From the NCBI RefSeq assembly GCF_009914755.1, contig NC_060925.1: a stretch of 64,000 nt of DNA; one strand, written 5' to 3'. The stretch is from the human T2T-CHM13v2.0 reference genome, Homo sapiens. Below the pieces are notes generated by a model. It worked only from the letters and a program-made list of their open reading frames with translations, did no database searches and was not told the DNA's origin. The translations under genes and the position numbers were made by a program. Shown here in pieces: positions 40,741 to 53,198 of the stretch (positions within the stretch are counted from its first letter, which is position 1; every line of letters starts with the position of its first letter).

Positions 40741-43174
40741 GAACTGGATGAAGGCTCAGGGGGTTGAGGGTCACACAGGAAGTGGCTGAGTCCAGATTCA
40801 AGTCCAGATCTGTGAGATTGCAAAGCCTGTGGCATTTCCGTTGGCGCCCAGTGTCGGGAGGGAGATGCGCACGAGTGGTGGACATTGGCTGCGAGGTTCA
40901 GAAGGCTTCATTTCATTTGTGAAGGCTGCCCCTCACTCCCTGGCTGTGCGCTCGGACAGCCACATCACCGCTGTACCCTCCTGCATCTTCATCCTCGTCA
41001 GCGTTGATGCTGTTATATTGACCACCCGTCACCCCCAGGCTGGGCGCCGGGGCTCTACCTCCATCAGGACTGAGCCTGATACTGAATCTACAATAACACT
41101 ACTGTGACCCCATTTCCCGGAGTCAATAGAGGCTCAAAAAGATTGAGAAACTTGCCCAAGGTCACCAGCTTTTACTGGAAGGGTCACATTGGCATAAATA
41201 CAAAATACCCTATTTTTGTTCCTTTTTCTCACCAGCTCCAGACCAGAGCTAAAGCGAAATTAGAAAGTGCCACAGAGGCAGCCAGGAAGCCCTCCCACTT
41301 CCCATCACACACTTCGCTGGCCCCTATCTTTGAGAAGACAGCATTGTACTGAGCATGCTGTCTGGGCACAGCCACTGCTCCCAGAGAGTGGGCAGAGGGC
41401 CAGGCACGCCACTCCTGGGGGGCAGCCTCGCCTGTGTGTTTGCAGCTTTCTCACAACTATTCTAGAAAGCACTTGCCTCAAGTAAATGCTTTTTTTAAAA
41501 GCATATGTAATCTTAAATACGATTTTTGTTTCATCATGGAACAAGATGTGTTAGTTCCAGCACACTTACAATGCAAGTCATGAGAAGACGCAATTCATTG
41601 TCACTCATGAGCTGTGTGACCTTGGTCGAGTCTTTTCAGCCCCACCCCCGCAAGTGGATTAGATAACCTCCACGAGCCCTCCTCCAACGTTTCTGATTCC
41701 TTGGGTAGCATGGGAAGTAGAGAAACCAGGGTTCTGGCTCGGACTGCCACTTTCACGGTGTGTGACTTACCTCTGAGCCTTGGGCTTCTCATCTGTAAGG
41801 ATGTCATTCCTGTGGAGTGGGAGCGCCCAGCAAGATCTGGCACAAGAAGAGCCTGGCATGGGGCTGCCATGGGGCGCGTGCTCAGTGAAGGTCCTGATAA
41901 CGCTTTTGTGCTGCATGCACAAGACCCAGCGATACCCCATGGCCCCATCTCAAGGAACAAGGAAGAGATGTTGGAAGAAGTCTCTGTCCTCAACTGGGAG
42001 GAGAAACATGCCCTCTTCGGGCCAAGATGGTGGCACCAGTGCTGAGAACAGCACCAAAGAGCCTCCTGTGGCAGCTTTCACTGCAGGGCAGCCTTGCCCC
42101 CTCACCTTAGTGGGTGTGGGCCTTGGGGGCTGTGCCCACCAGTGGCACAGCTGGGAGGATCTGGAAGGGACAGGTAACAGAAGCATTTAGTCCTGGAAGA
42201 GGGAGGTTTCCCAGAGCTGAGGGGAGGGCATGGCTCAAGAGAGGAGCAGGGCACGAGGACAGTGGCTCAGCCATCCCTGCCAGCCCTGGTCTGAAGCAAG
42301 CCTAGAGTCCAGGATAGCCCCCAGGCTGACAGTCAGGGATATGGAGTCAGATGGTCAAATGTCAACACTGTTGCTGCCCGGCACTGTGACTGAGCACGCC
42401 ATTTAAGCTCTCTGAGCCTTATTTGCATCTTCTGTGAAATGGGGAGGGTAGGGGGTAGAATGTAATACCCAGGAAGGCCCCTGTGTGATGCCAGCCAGAG
42501 TGGGCTCAGTAGTGGTTATTAGTTTCCTGGGGCCTGACCCAGCTGTTGCAGGAGAAGGCTGTGCTGGGTGCTCTGGCCTCTGGTGTCCATGAGGCAACAG
42601 AGAGGAGTGAGTCTGCTGCGATCCCCACTGCTGACCTCGGGAAGGCTGTGACCTCGGCGCCAACTGGGAGAACCAGGGCCTGAGGTCTGGGGATGCTGGA
42701 GTCCAAGTCTCTCGGGTTACGCCTGGCTGGCCGAGTGAACAAGACCAGAACCCCAGGTTTGGGGAGGGCTTCCTCATCTGACCACTCAGGAGCCCTGAGG
42801 ATAGGATCCCCTGGACACCATGGGTCACTCCCATCTTCTGGTCAGAACCTTTCTCACAGGCCTTCCTGGGGACCTGGACCTAGACTGCCAGGGGGGCAGG
42901 GGGCACAGAGCCTCGAGGTTCCCAACATGGAACTGTGAGTACCCCCAGCCAAGCACACACACTCAGGGCCATCCTCCTCCCCATCCACCAACCCACACCC
43001 TCTGCCAGCCTTTCCCACCCAGCTTCCCCCCAGTCCTGCAAGCGCAGCCCAAATGTCTCCCACTGCAGAAAGTGGCCTCTGTGACCTCAGCCAGGGAACT
43101 CCTTCCCTGGACTCCTCCCATACTTTGTACAACCCATAGTATTGAGCATGTGGTCATGTGTGTTCATGTCTTTT

Positions 43175-43520
43175 TATTACTTTTTTCTGATAGAATATAT
43201 GTAACAAAGTCTACCTTTTTAACCATTTTTAAGTGTCATGTTTAGTAGCATTAAGTACATTCTTACTGGTGCAACCACCATTACCACCTGTCTCCAGAAC
43301 TTTTTCATCATTTCATACTGAAGCTCTGTATCCATCAAACATTCTCTTTGCCCCAGAAAGAAGCCTCGTATCTGTTGTCAGTCACTTCCTGTTCTCCTCT
43401 CCCTGAACCACCCCGACCCCCCACCCCACCACAGCAACCACCATTCTACCCGGTCTCTAGGAAATTAAGCGGTCTAGGTGTATCATAGAAGTAGAATCAT
43501 ACAGTATTTGTCTGTGTTCG
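43175..43520 (-). mobile_element. L1M (L1MB-like) 3' fragment
   Basis: 'ttaaccatttttaagtgt...gtagcattaagtacattc...tctccagaactttttcatc...agtagaatcatacagtatttgtc'. Confidence 0.7.
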
Positions 43521-43524
43521 TGTC

Positions 43525-43841
<317 letters not shown>

Positions 43842-43974
43842 TAATCCTCCACAGGGCCTTGTGACTAGTGACTGAGCAAAAAGAGCAAATGAAGAGGCAA
43901 AGAATGCTACCACCATGCCTGAGACTTCCTGAGACAGGCACAGTCCCCTGCCTCACCCAGCTCCAAAACTCCTA

Positions 43975-44930
43975 GAATTCATTCATTCCCTTATGATGGG
44001 CAGACAGCATTGTAGATGTGGAGACCCCACAGTGAACAGAACAGACTGCAGTCCCTGCCTTTATGGAGCTCACAGTTGAGTCAAGACAGTGACTACATAT
44101 ATAGTCTGCTAGATAATGGTGAGCCCCAGGGAGAAAAATTAAACTGGGGGGCAGGGGGCAGACAGGAAGTACCAGGCAATGTTGCAATTCCAGGGTGGCC
44201 AGGAAAGGCCTCGCTGATTCAATGACTTGAGCAAAGACCCGCTGGCTTTGAGGGAGTGGCCGTGTGAATGTCTAGGGAAGGATGTTCCTGGCAGAGGGAC
44301 AGCCAGTGCAAAGGCCTGGAGGCAGGAACATGCACGGCCTGCTTGAGGATGCCTGGGAGGCCAGGGTGGCTGGAGCAGAGTGGGCATGGGAGAGGGTAGT
44401 AAGAGAGAAAGCGAGAAAGTGGTCAGGGCCCAGAGTATGCAGGGCCTTCTAGGTCATTTTAAGGCTGTGGCCAGTGAAGGGTTTTGAGCAGAGGTGCTGC
44501 AGCTGCTGTGCAGAGAATAAATATAAGGTGGGGAGTTGGGGGGTGGTGCTGGGAGGTTACTTAAGGGGCCATTGCAATATCTCATCGCAGCAGAATTTCA
44601 TAAAAATGAAAATGAAGCCACAGCCAGAAAATATTTCTGAGTGGCTCCTTTGTTAGCCAAGCAAGGAAAATGATGATGTGGACACGGGTGACGGTGAGGA
44701 GTGATCAAGTGGCGCCCACCGGGTCCCCGGATGGACTAGATGTGGGATTTAAGGAAAAAGAGGTTCAAGGATGATTCCCAAGATTTTTGGTCTGAAAGTG
44801 GAAGCATGAAGTTGCCAGGTGCTATGCTGGGGACAACCTCAAGAAGGCAGGGAAGACAGGCAGAGCACACGGGGGATGCGGGCTGAGCTCGAGAGCCTAC
44901 TGCACGTCCAGGTAGAGAGATGCGAGTCTG
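43975..44930. mobile_element. L2 fragment(s)
   Basis: 'attcattcattc', 'gtccctgcctttatggagctcacag', 'ccagtgcaaaggcctggaggcagga', 'caaggatgattcccaagatttttgg'. Confidence 0.6.
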
Positions 44931-45513
44931 GACTCATGTGGTAAGGTCACCCTATCCACTGTTCCTCTTTCGTTTTCTGGGTCCAGGCTGGCACCTGGCA
45001 TCACCAGAGCTGCAGCTCAGACTCACTCTTTCCTCGGCGTGGGGCAGAGACCAGGTGTCACAATGTGCCTCTTCTTGGTCAATCTGTCCATCCATTCATC
45101 CAATACGCCCTGCTCATCCCACCTATGTCAGGCACAGTACCAAATACAGGAAGGAGTAAGACGTGGCCTCTCCCCTCCACAGGCCCACAGTCTGGTTACA
45201 AATTCTCTACCCTCCTCCTCCAGCTTCTGCCCCTCATTCCTCCCTTGGCCTCAGTCCTTCTCCATCGGTAAAGCGTCTTTGGATCAGACAGTCTTTAAGT
45301 GCCCCACCAACTTGGCCCTCCCATAACCTCAACTAGCCCATCCCCGCCCTCCTCTGGGCCAGGCCCCCACAGCCTGGGCAGAGCTGGGGGATGGATCTGT
45401 GTTGGCTTCCTGCTCCCAGAACACCCATCTGACCAACAAATGTGCCCTGACAATGGTTTTGCTGTCGTCATGTTCCACCGAGAGGTGATGAACTGGGTGA
45501 AGCAATTAAGTCA

Positions 45514-46080
<567 letters not shown>

Positions 46081-48053
46081 TTAAGGGAAGGAGAGGAGGG
46101 TCAGGGCTGGGAGCCACACTCATTTGGCCACAGTCCTGGTACTAGGGACAGAGGGGTGACCAAGCTCAGAGACATTGTCCTTAAGAAGTTCACCATCTAG
46201 TGAGTGACAGTCAATAAAACAGGCAATCATTATACCCAATGACAGAGCCATGCCAGGGCCGGGGTAGGGAGGGCAGTGGGGCAGGGGAGGGGCTTCACAT
46301 CAGGGAGGCTCCTGATACTGGGCCAAGCAAGGTTGCAGCAAGTGAATTTAGATAGCTCGGGGAAAGCCAGCCCATTGACCCCAACTCCCTGTCTAGACGC
46401 AGTCCACAGATGCCTCCATAGACTGATCCCCTTGGGCACGGTGGGGCGCAGAGGGGGTTGAAGGGAGGCCTTCAAGTTCAGCTCAGTATACCTTCTCGCC
46501 AGTGCCTGGAAGATGCTGGAATCCCCCCATTAAAGCCTTGTCCCTCAACCTGAAAGATGTATCTTAATGGCAACCTGATAGAATGGAAAGAATTCTAGGC
46601 CAGGTGCCAAAAGAACGGAGTCTCGGTCCCAACTATGCCCTTAATGTGTGGAGTATCCTGGGAGAGGCCAGCTCCCTCTCAGTCTCGACTCCCTACCTCT
46701 AAAATCCCTTCCCCGCCCCGTCCACCACTTCACATGGGGATCAGGCAGGAGAGGGCAGGAGAGGCCCACAGATGTCATCAGCCACAGCCTGTAGATCTGT
46801 GAGCTCACTCACACCTATGATGAGAGGTTTCTGCCCCATTTTACAGGCGAGGAGACTGAGGCATGGAGAAGTGAGTCACTTGCCCAAGATCACACCTGTT
46901 GTAAGAGGGAGCCAGGATCGTATCCCAATGGCACTGATGGGGTGAGCGGGGAGAGGCAGGGGTGGTTCAGGGGAGGTGGATGCGCTGGCCCTACAGGCCC
47001 TCTGCTTAGCTTTCTCACGGGTGGCCCTGGGCTGTCCGCCCGAGAGCCACGATCCATCACTCTTCCAGGGGGCTGTTTACAAGCAGAGCACACGCTAAGG
47101 AGATGGCTCAGTGGCAGCTGGGGGCCCTAGAGACCCTGAGCCGGGAAAGGGAAGGCCCACGGGGCCCTGGAGCTGTCTTCACAGGCCTTCAACTGTCAGA
47201 GGGATGTATTTAGGACACAGATCTGGCCACGCCGTGGCCCACCCTCACCCCCCACAGCGCCTGAGATGAAACCCTGGTAGCTTAGCCAGACAGTGCCCTC
47301 TGAGACCCGACCTCTCCAGCCTCGTCACTCACTCTCCCCTGCCTCGGACTTCGCTCTCAGGTCAGCAGACTACCAGCAGCCTCCATCCTCCCACCAGCTC
47401 TGCCCAGCCCCATTTCTGAGGCAAGAAGGAAGCGTGGCCCTTCCCTCACTGAGCCTCTGCATGTGCTGCCCCCGTGCCAGAGGGCCCTTCCCTGGCCTCT
47501 TCCTGGCCAACACCTGCTGACACTTTGACACTTTGAGCCGTGACTCAGATGTCACCTCCTCCAGGAAGTCCTCCTGTGTGCTGCTTCTGCACCCTGTCCT
47601 TCTCCTGATCCTTGAACTTAGGCTCTACTGCGGTCATCTGTGTCTGCTTCAGCAGCACAGGCCAGGTCAGAGTCGGCATCTGGGTGTGGACTGCCCACGT
47701 GGCTGTCCTCACAGGAAGGCCAGAGCAGCCAAGGCAAGTGCTGTCTTCCCCATTCAACAAGTGAAGAGATGGAGTCTTGGAGAGTAACTGGCCCAAGGTC
47801 ATACAGGTATTAGGAGGTGGAGCAGGGATCGAAGCCCTGAGTCTGGCATCAGAGCACTCACGGGGTGAGGTGAGTCTGAGGTCTGCAGTCTTTAGAGACC
47901 TTCACTGACACTGGGGTTCTCAGACATCACCTTCTCCGACAGTGTGGACAGAGCCCTCACTGTCCACACTCCCCCGAACAGTCCCATGCCACTCCCCATC
48001 CTCTCACCATCTTAGTTTTTTACAGAGCACCTAGCAGGATCGAAAGTTTTATA

Positions 48054-48350
<297 letters not shown>

Positions 48351-49329
48351 GTTTTATAAATTTCTTTACTCATTGGCCTGTCTCTGAGAGCCCCACAGGG
48401 GCAGGGACCTGGCCGGTCTTGTTCACTGTTCATGGTTGGGTTCCCAGTGCCTAGACCAGTGCGGTGCCCAATACACGTTTGCTGCACGAAAGAGCATTGA
48501 GCACGTGCCTGGTGGTGGCGAAGCACGGTCTGTCATCCTCTTGGTCGCCCCAGCCACTCATGAGCTAGGCGTTCTGCACATTTTTTGGATGAGGAAATAG
48601 AGCCCCAGAGAACTTAAGGGCCTGGCTCCGGGTCACTGAGAAGTGGCAGAGCCTGGTGGTCAAGTTTGTCTGATTCCAAAGCTCGCACCGTTAGACTCTG
48701 GGCCCCAAATGAGGGTGCTGCACCCAGCAAGGCTCACAGACTGGCCCGAAGTCACCCAGCCAGCTTCTGCTCAGGTCGGTGGCTTCATTCTTCACACCGC
48801 TTTCCGCTGGGTCCCCCGAGGGCTTAGGCGTGGAGCAGGTCTTATGTTCAATACTTTCATTCTGCCTTTTATTAAGCCAGGTAAGGGCTCTGCAGACTTC
48901 ATAACTGTCCACAGTTCAGCTTCGCCCTTTTTTTCCCCCTTTGCAGCTTGTAAAATGAACACACTCCTTCAGCAGCTGTGGCGTCATTAATTCTCTGGCC
49001 CCATCCTTGGTGAGGCCTCGGGCCCGAGGTCGGGCTCCTCTGACGGCCCTGGCAGGAGGCTTTTCAAGCTCCTAATCCACTTGGCAGTTGTTTGAACTCT
49101 CAGAAATTATGCCTTCTCATCTCGTCCTAATGAACTCGTAAGCCCGGTTAACGCCAGAGGAGACAGTGCTTGTTCTTTCCGGCTGTGTCCGAGACAGAAG
49201 CTCAAGCCTTCCGAACACTCCTTTCCCTTTCTCTTCTGGGCCTCAGTTTCCCCGCCTGTGCAGTGGAGGCTCGGAGTCTCTGGCATGGAAGGACTCTTCC
49301 AACTCAGACATTCCAGAACAGGGACAGTG

Positions 49330-49515
49330 CCATCCCCTACAAATAGAAGGTGAGCCACGTGTGTCATTTTAAATTGCCTAATAGCCGTATTAGAAGAGTA
49401 AAAGGAAGCAAGATAAATTAATTTCAATAATGTATGTTATCTAGACTACCTATATTTCAAGCACTCAGTGGCCACATGTGGCTGGTGGCTACCGTACTGG
49501 AGAATGCTGTTCTAG
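49330..49515. mobile_element. MER3/MER33-like hAT MITE
   Basis: 'gagccacgtgtgtcattttaaatt...atttcaagcactcagtggccacatgtggctggtggctaccgtactgg'. Confidence 0.6.
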
Positions 49516-49944
49516 AATTCTTGTCTTGTTCTGCCCCCAGCCTTTCCTCTCACCCTTCCTGGGGCTGTGGGCTGCCCTCGTTCTCCCAGTCCCTACCCAC
49601 CTGACTGAGTGCCAGCCTGTATGGCAGTTACAAAGCCTGTGACACCAAGAGCTGGGCTCTGAGGGTGAGGAGTCTTGGCCGTGAAGGTACGCGCAGCCTC
49701 CAGAAGGCTTCTCACCGTGCCCCGCGTGGGAGGAGGAGATGGAAAGGGAGAAGGGCACTGCCTCCCTCTTCCCCCAGGAAAGGCAACATCGTGGGGAAAA
49801 TCGATCTTAGAACCTGGGTTCCATTTTGGGGGAGGAGGTGTCCCTTCAGCTCAGAATCCACTGAACCAGGTGCTGGGCTAAGCCCTTGGCACAAATCATC
49901 TCATTTTACCCTCCCAAGAGTCCTGTGAAATTTGTAGTATTCGA

Positions 49945-50109
49945 GGCTGAGTATGGTGGTTCATACTTGTAGTCCCAGCTACTCATGAGGCTGAGTCGGG
50001 AGGATCACTTGGGCCCAGGAGTTCAAGGCTGCAGTGAGCTGTGAATTCACCACTGCGCTCCAGCCTGGGCAATAGAGCAAGACCCTGTCTCAAAAAAAAA
50101 AAAAAAAAA
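49945..50109 (+). mobile_element. Alu monomer (FRAM/AluJ right arm)
   Basis: 'ggaggatcacttgggcccaggagttcaaggctgcagtgagc' plus A-tail. Confidence 0.85.
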
Positions 50110-50275
50110 CCAATTTGGGAGGAGGAGAGAAAATAATAAATAAATAAATAAATGTGCACTATTCAGATCCTGATTTTTACAGAGGAGGAAACTGAGGCTC
50201 AGAAAAAGAAGTGGCTCTTTTCCTTGTTCCTAGATCCCTCTTTCATTCAGTCGCTCCCTTTCCTCCCTTCTTCCC

Positions 50276-50277
<2 letters not shown>

Positions 50278-50329
<52 letters not shown>
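50278..50329 (+). repeat. (GT)26 microsatellite
   Basis: Directly visible. Confidence 0.97.
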
Positions 50330-50331
<2 letters not shown>

Positions 50332-50809
50332 GGCAGAGCGGGAGGGCTACCTGGGAAATAAACTCCCTTCCCACATACAGCCTTGGTTTCGGGCATTAGA
50401 GCTCCTGCCTGCAAACTGCCTGATGCTGGGGGTCAGGGTGGTGGGGAGACCTGTGCTGAGCAGGACTCTGCAACAGCTGAAGTGGGAGTGGGGCTGTGGG
50501 AGGGAACGGGGGCTGGGAGGTTGAACTTCCTTCTCTCACTGGATGCCCGAGCCCAGGCCCCCTCACGGCCCTCTGGATCTTGCCTGTCTGGTTCCTGCTG
50601 GGACCCCAGGCCCCACATCCATGGGGCTGGCACTGAGCAGGTGCTCCTGCTGTCCTCAGCCTGCCTCTCTGCCTCCCTCCCCTCCTGGTCCTTCTACTGC
50701 TCCCCACAGCCTTCCTTGAATCCCTGTCTCTGCCTCTGCCCTCCAGCTCCTTGCGGGTCCCTCTGTCTATCTGGGTCTCTCTTGCCCTCTCCCTCAGTCT
50801 AGCTTGACT

Positions 50810-51900
50810 GGTCAGTCTCTTCTGGCCTCTCTCTGGCTGCCTGTCTCTCTCTATCTCTCTCTCCACACGTCTCTTGCCTTTTCTCCTCTGGCTCTTCTCT
50901 TCCCATCTCCTTTCTCTGTTGCTGTCTCTCCCCAAGGCCCCCAATCTCACCCTCATACTCTGACTCTCTCCTGGCCTTCTCCTCTCTCTTCATCTCTCTC
51001 TCTTGCTCTCTCTCTCTCCATCTCTCTCTCCATCTCTTTCTCTCTTTCCATCTCTCCCTCTCTCCATTTCTCTCTCTCTCTCTCCCCATCTGTCTCTCTC
51101 TTCCTCTCCATCTCTCTCCTCCTCTCTCTCTCCATCTCTCTCCCTCTGTCTCCTTCTATCTCCATCTCTCTCTCCCCCTCTCTCCATCTCTCTCCCCCGC
51201 CTCCATCTATCTCTCCCCCTCTCTCTCCGTCTCTCTCCGTCTCCCTCTATCTCTGTCTCTCTCTTCCCCCTCCCTCTCCATCTCGCACCCCTGCCTCCAT
51301 CTGTCTCTTCCCCCTCTCCCTCTCTCCGTCTCTCTCTCCATCTCTCTCTGTCCCTCTGCGTCTTCTTCCATGTCCCTCTCTCTCTCCATCTATCTCCATC
51401 TCTCTGTCCCTCTCTCTCTCCCTCCCTCTCTCACTCCATTTCTCTCTCCTTCTCTCTCTCTCCATCTCTCTCTTCCCCCTCTCCCCCTTTCTCCCTCCCT
51501 GTCTTTCCCCCTCTCTCTCTCCATCCCTCTCTCTTCTCCTCCCTGTCTCTCCCTCTCTCCATCCCTCTCTTTCTCTCTCTCCCTCTCCCCACTCCATCTC
51601 TTCTCTCTCCCCCATCTCTCTCTCTCCCTCTCCCTCTCTCTCACCCTCTCCCTCTCTCTCTCACCCTCTCTCTCCCCCTCTCTCCTTCTCTCTCCATCTC
51701 TCTTTCTCCATCTCTCTTTTTCTCTCTCTCCCCTGCTCTCTCTCCATCTCTCTCTATCCCTCTCTCTCTCTCTCCACCCCTCTCTCTACCTCTCCTCCCC
51801 TGCTCTCTCTCCCTCTCTCTCCATCTCTCTCTCTCTCCCTCTTTCTTGTCCCTCTGCATCTGCTCCCATGTCCCTCTCCCTTCCACACCCCTCTCTCCCT
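50810..51900 (+). repeat. ~1.1-kb CT-rich polypyrimidine low-complexity tract
   Basis: Nearly purine-free + strand with recurring 'ctctctccatctctct' motifs. Confidence 0.95.
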
Positions 51901-52669
51901 GTCACTTATTTGCGCCTCTCCTCCCCAGCTTCAGTGGCGCCCCGCTCCTCTCGGCCTCCCGCCTTTCCTCCTTGGGAAGGCAGGCGCTGCGGCAGCCAGC
52001 AAGAAGCCCCACTGGATGACAGCCGAGCCCAAGCATCCCTCGGAGCTGTCACCGAGGAAATCACACACCAGCGCCTGAAATTCAAATTAGAGTTTTGCTG
52101 AAGCTGCTAAAACTCATCAAATACTATCTTTGAAGTCCGCTAGCAAGCTGGTCATTGCTCTTAAAAGAGTCCCTGTTGGAAATGAGATGGTAGAAGGAGG
52201 GTTCAGGCAGGGCATCTATCCTGGGGCCTGGGAGTGGGGGCCCCTCCTCCCAACCACCCTCCCAGACATGCCCAGCACTGATGGTTACTATCTGGGGGCT
52301 CCCTCACAGCAGGCTCTCTGGGTCAGCCCCCACCCTTGCCAGACCAAGATCCCACCGCCGCACAGAGAAAGGAGCCCTGGGGCAGAGGTCTGACTGTGGG
52401 CTCTGGGGTCAAACACCAGCTTCCAGGTCCCCATCTCTCTGCTGCTGCCTAGCCGTGTGACCCAGGGCAACTGACCTCATCCTTCTAGGCCTCCTCTGCA
52501 AAGCGGGATATGAGTATTTATCCCTAGGGTGTAGTAAGGTATTGCATGAAAAGCACCCAGCACATCCTTGCTGCTCAATAAATGACCATTGTTCGTATAA
52601 TAGTAACAGTTGCAACAACACATGCAGTCATTAATAATAACAGGCACAGCAAATACGTGTCAGGCATTG

Positions 52670-53007
<338 letters not shown>

Positions 53008-53071
53008 TGAAGAGCTGTATTTATGTTAACTCATTCCATTCTCAGAACAACCCTATGAGGAAGCTACTCTT

Positions 53072-53198
53072 TATTTTTTGTAGAGGCGACGTTTTGCTAT
53101 GTTGGCCAGGCTGGTCATGAACTCCTGGCCTCAAGTGATCCACCTCCCTCGGCCTCCCAAAGTGCTAGGATTACAGGCATGAGCCACCATGCCCAGCT
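53072..53198 (-). mobile_element. Alu left monomer (FLAM-like) inserted into a MIR
   Basis: TSD ggaagctactctt at 53059-53071 and 53199-53211; MIR continues 'ccccattttacagatgagaaaatggag'. Confidence 0.85.

Noticed and set aside
50396-52101. Long ORFs (424, 338, 243 aa on +; Arg/Glu-rich ORFs on -)
   Set aside because: Artefacts of the CT-rich tract, which cannot form stop codons; S/L/P or R/E/G low-complexity translations without credible gene structure
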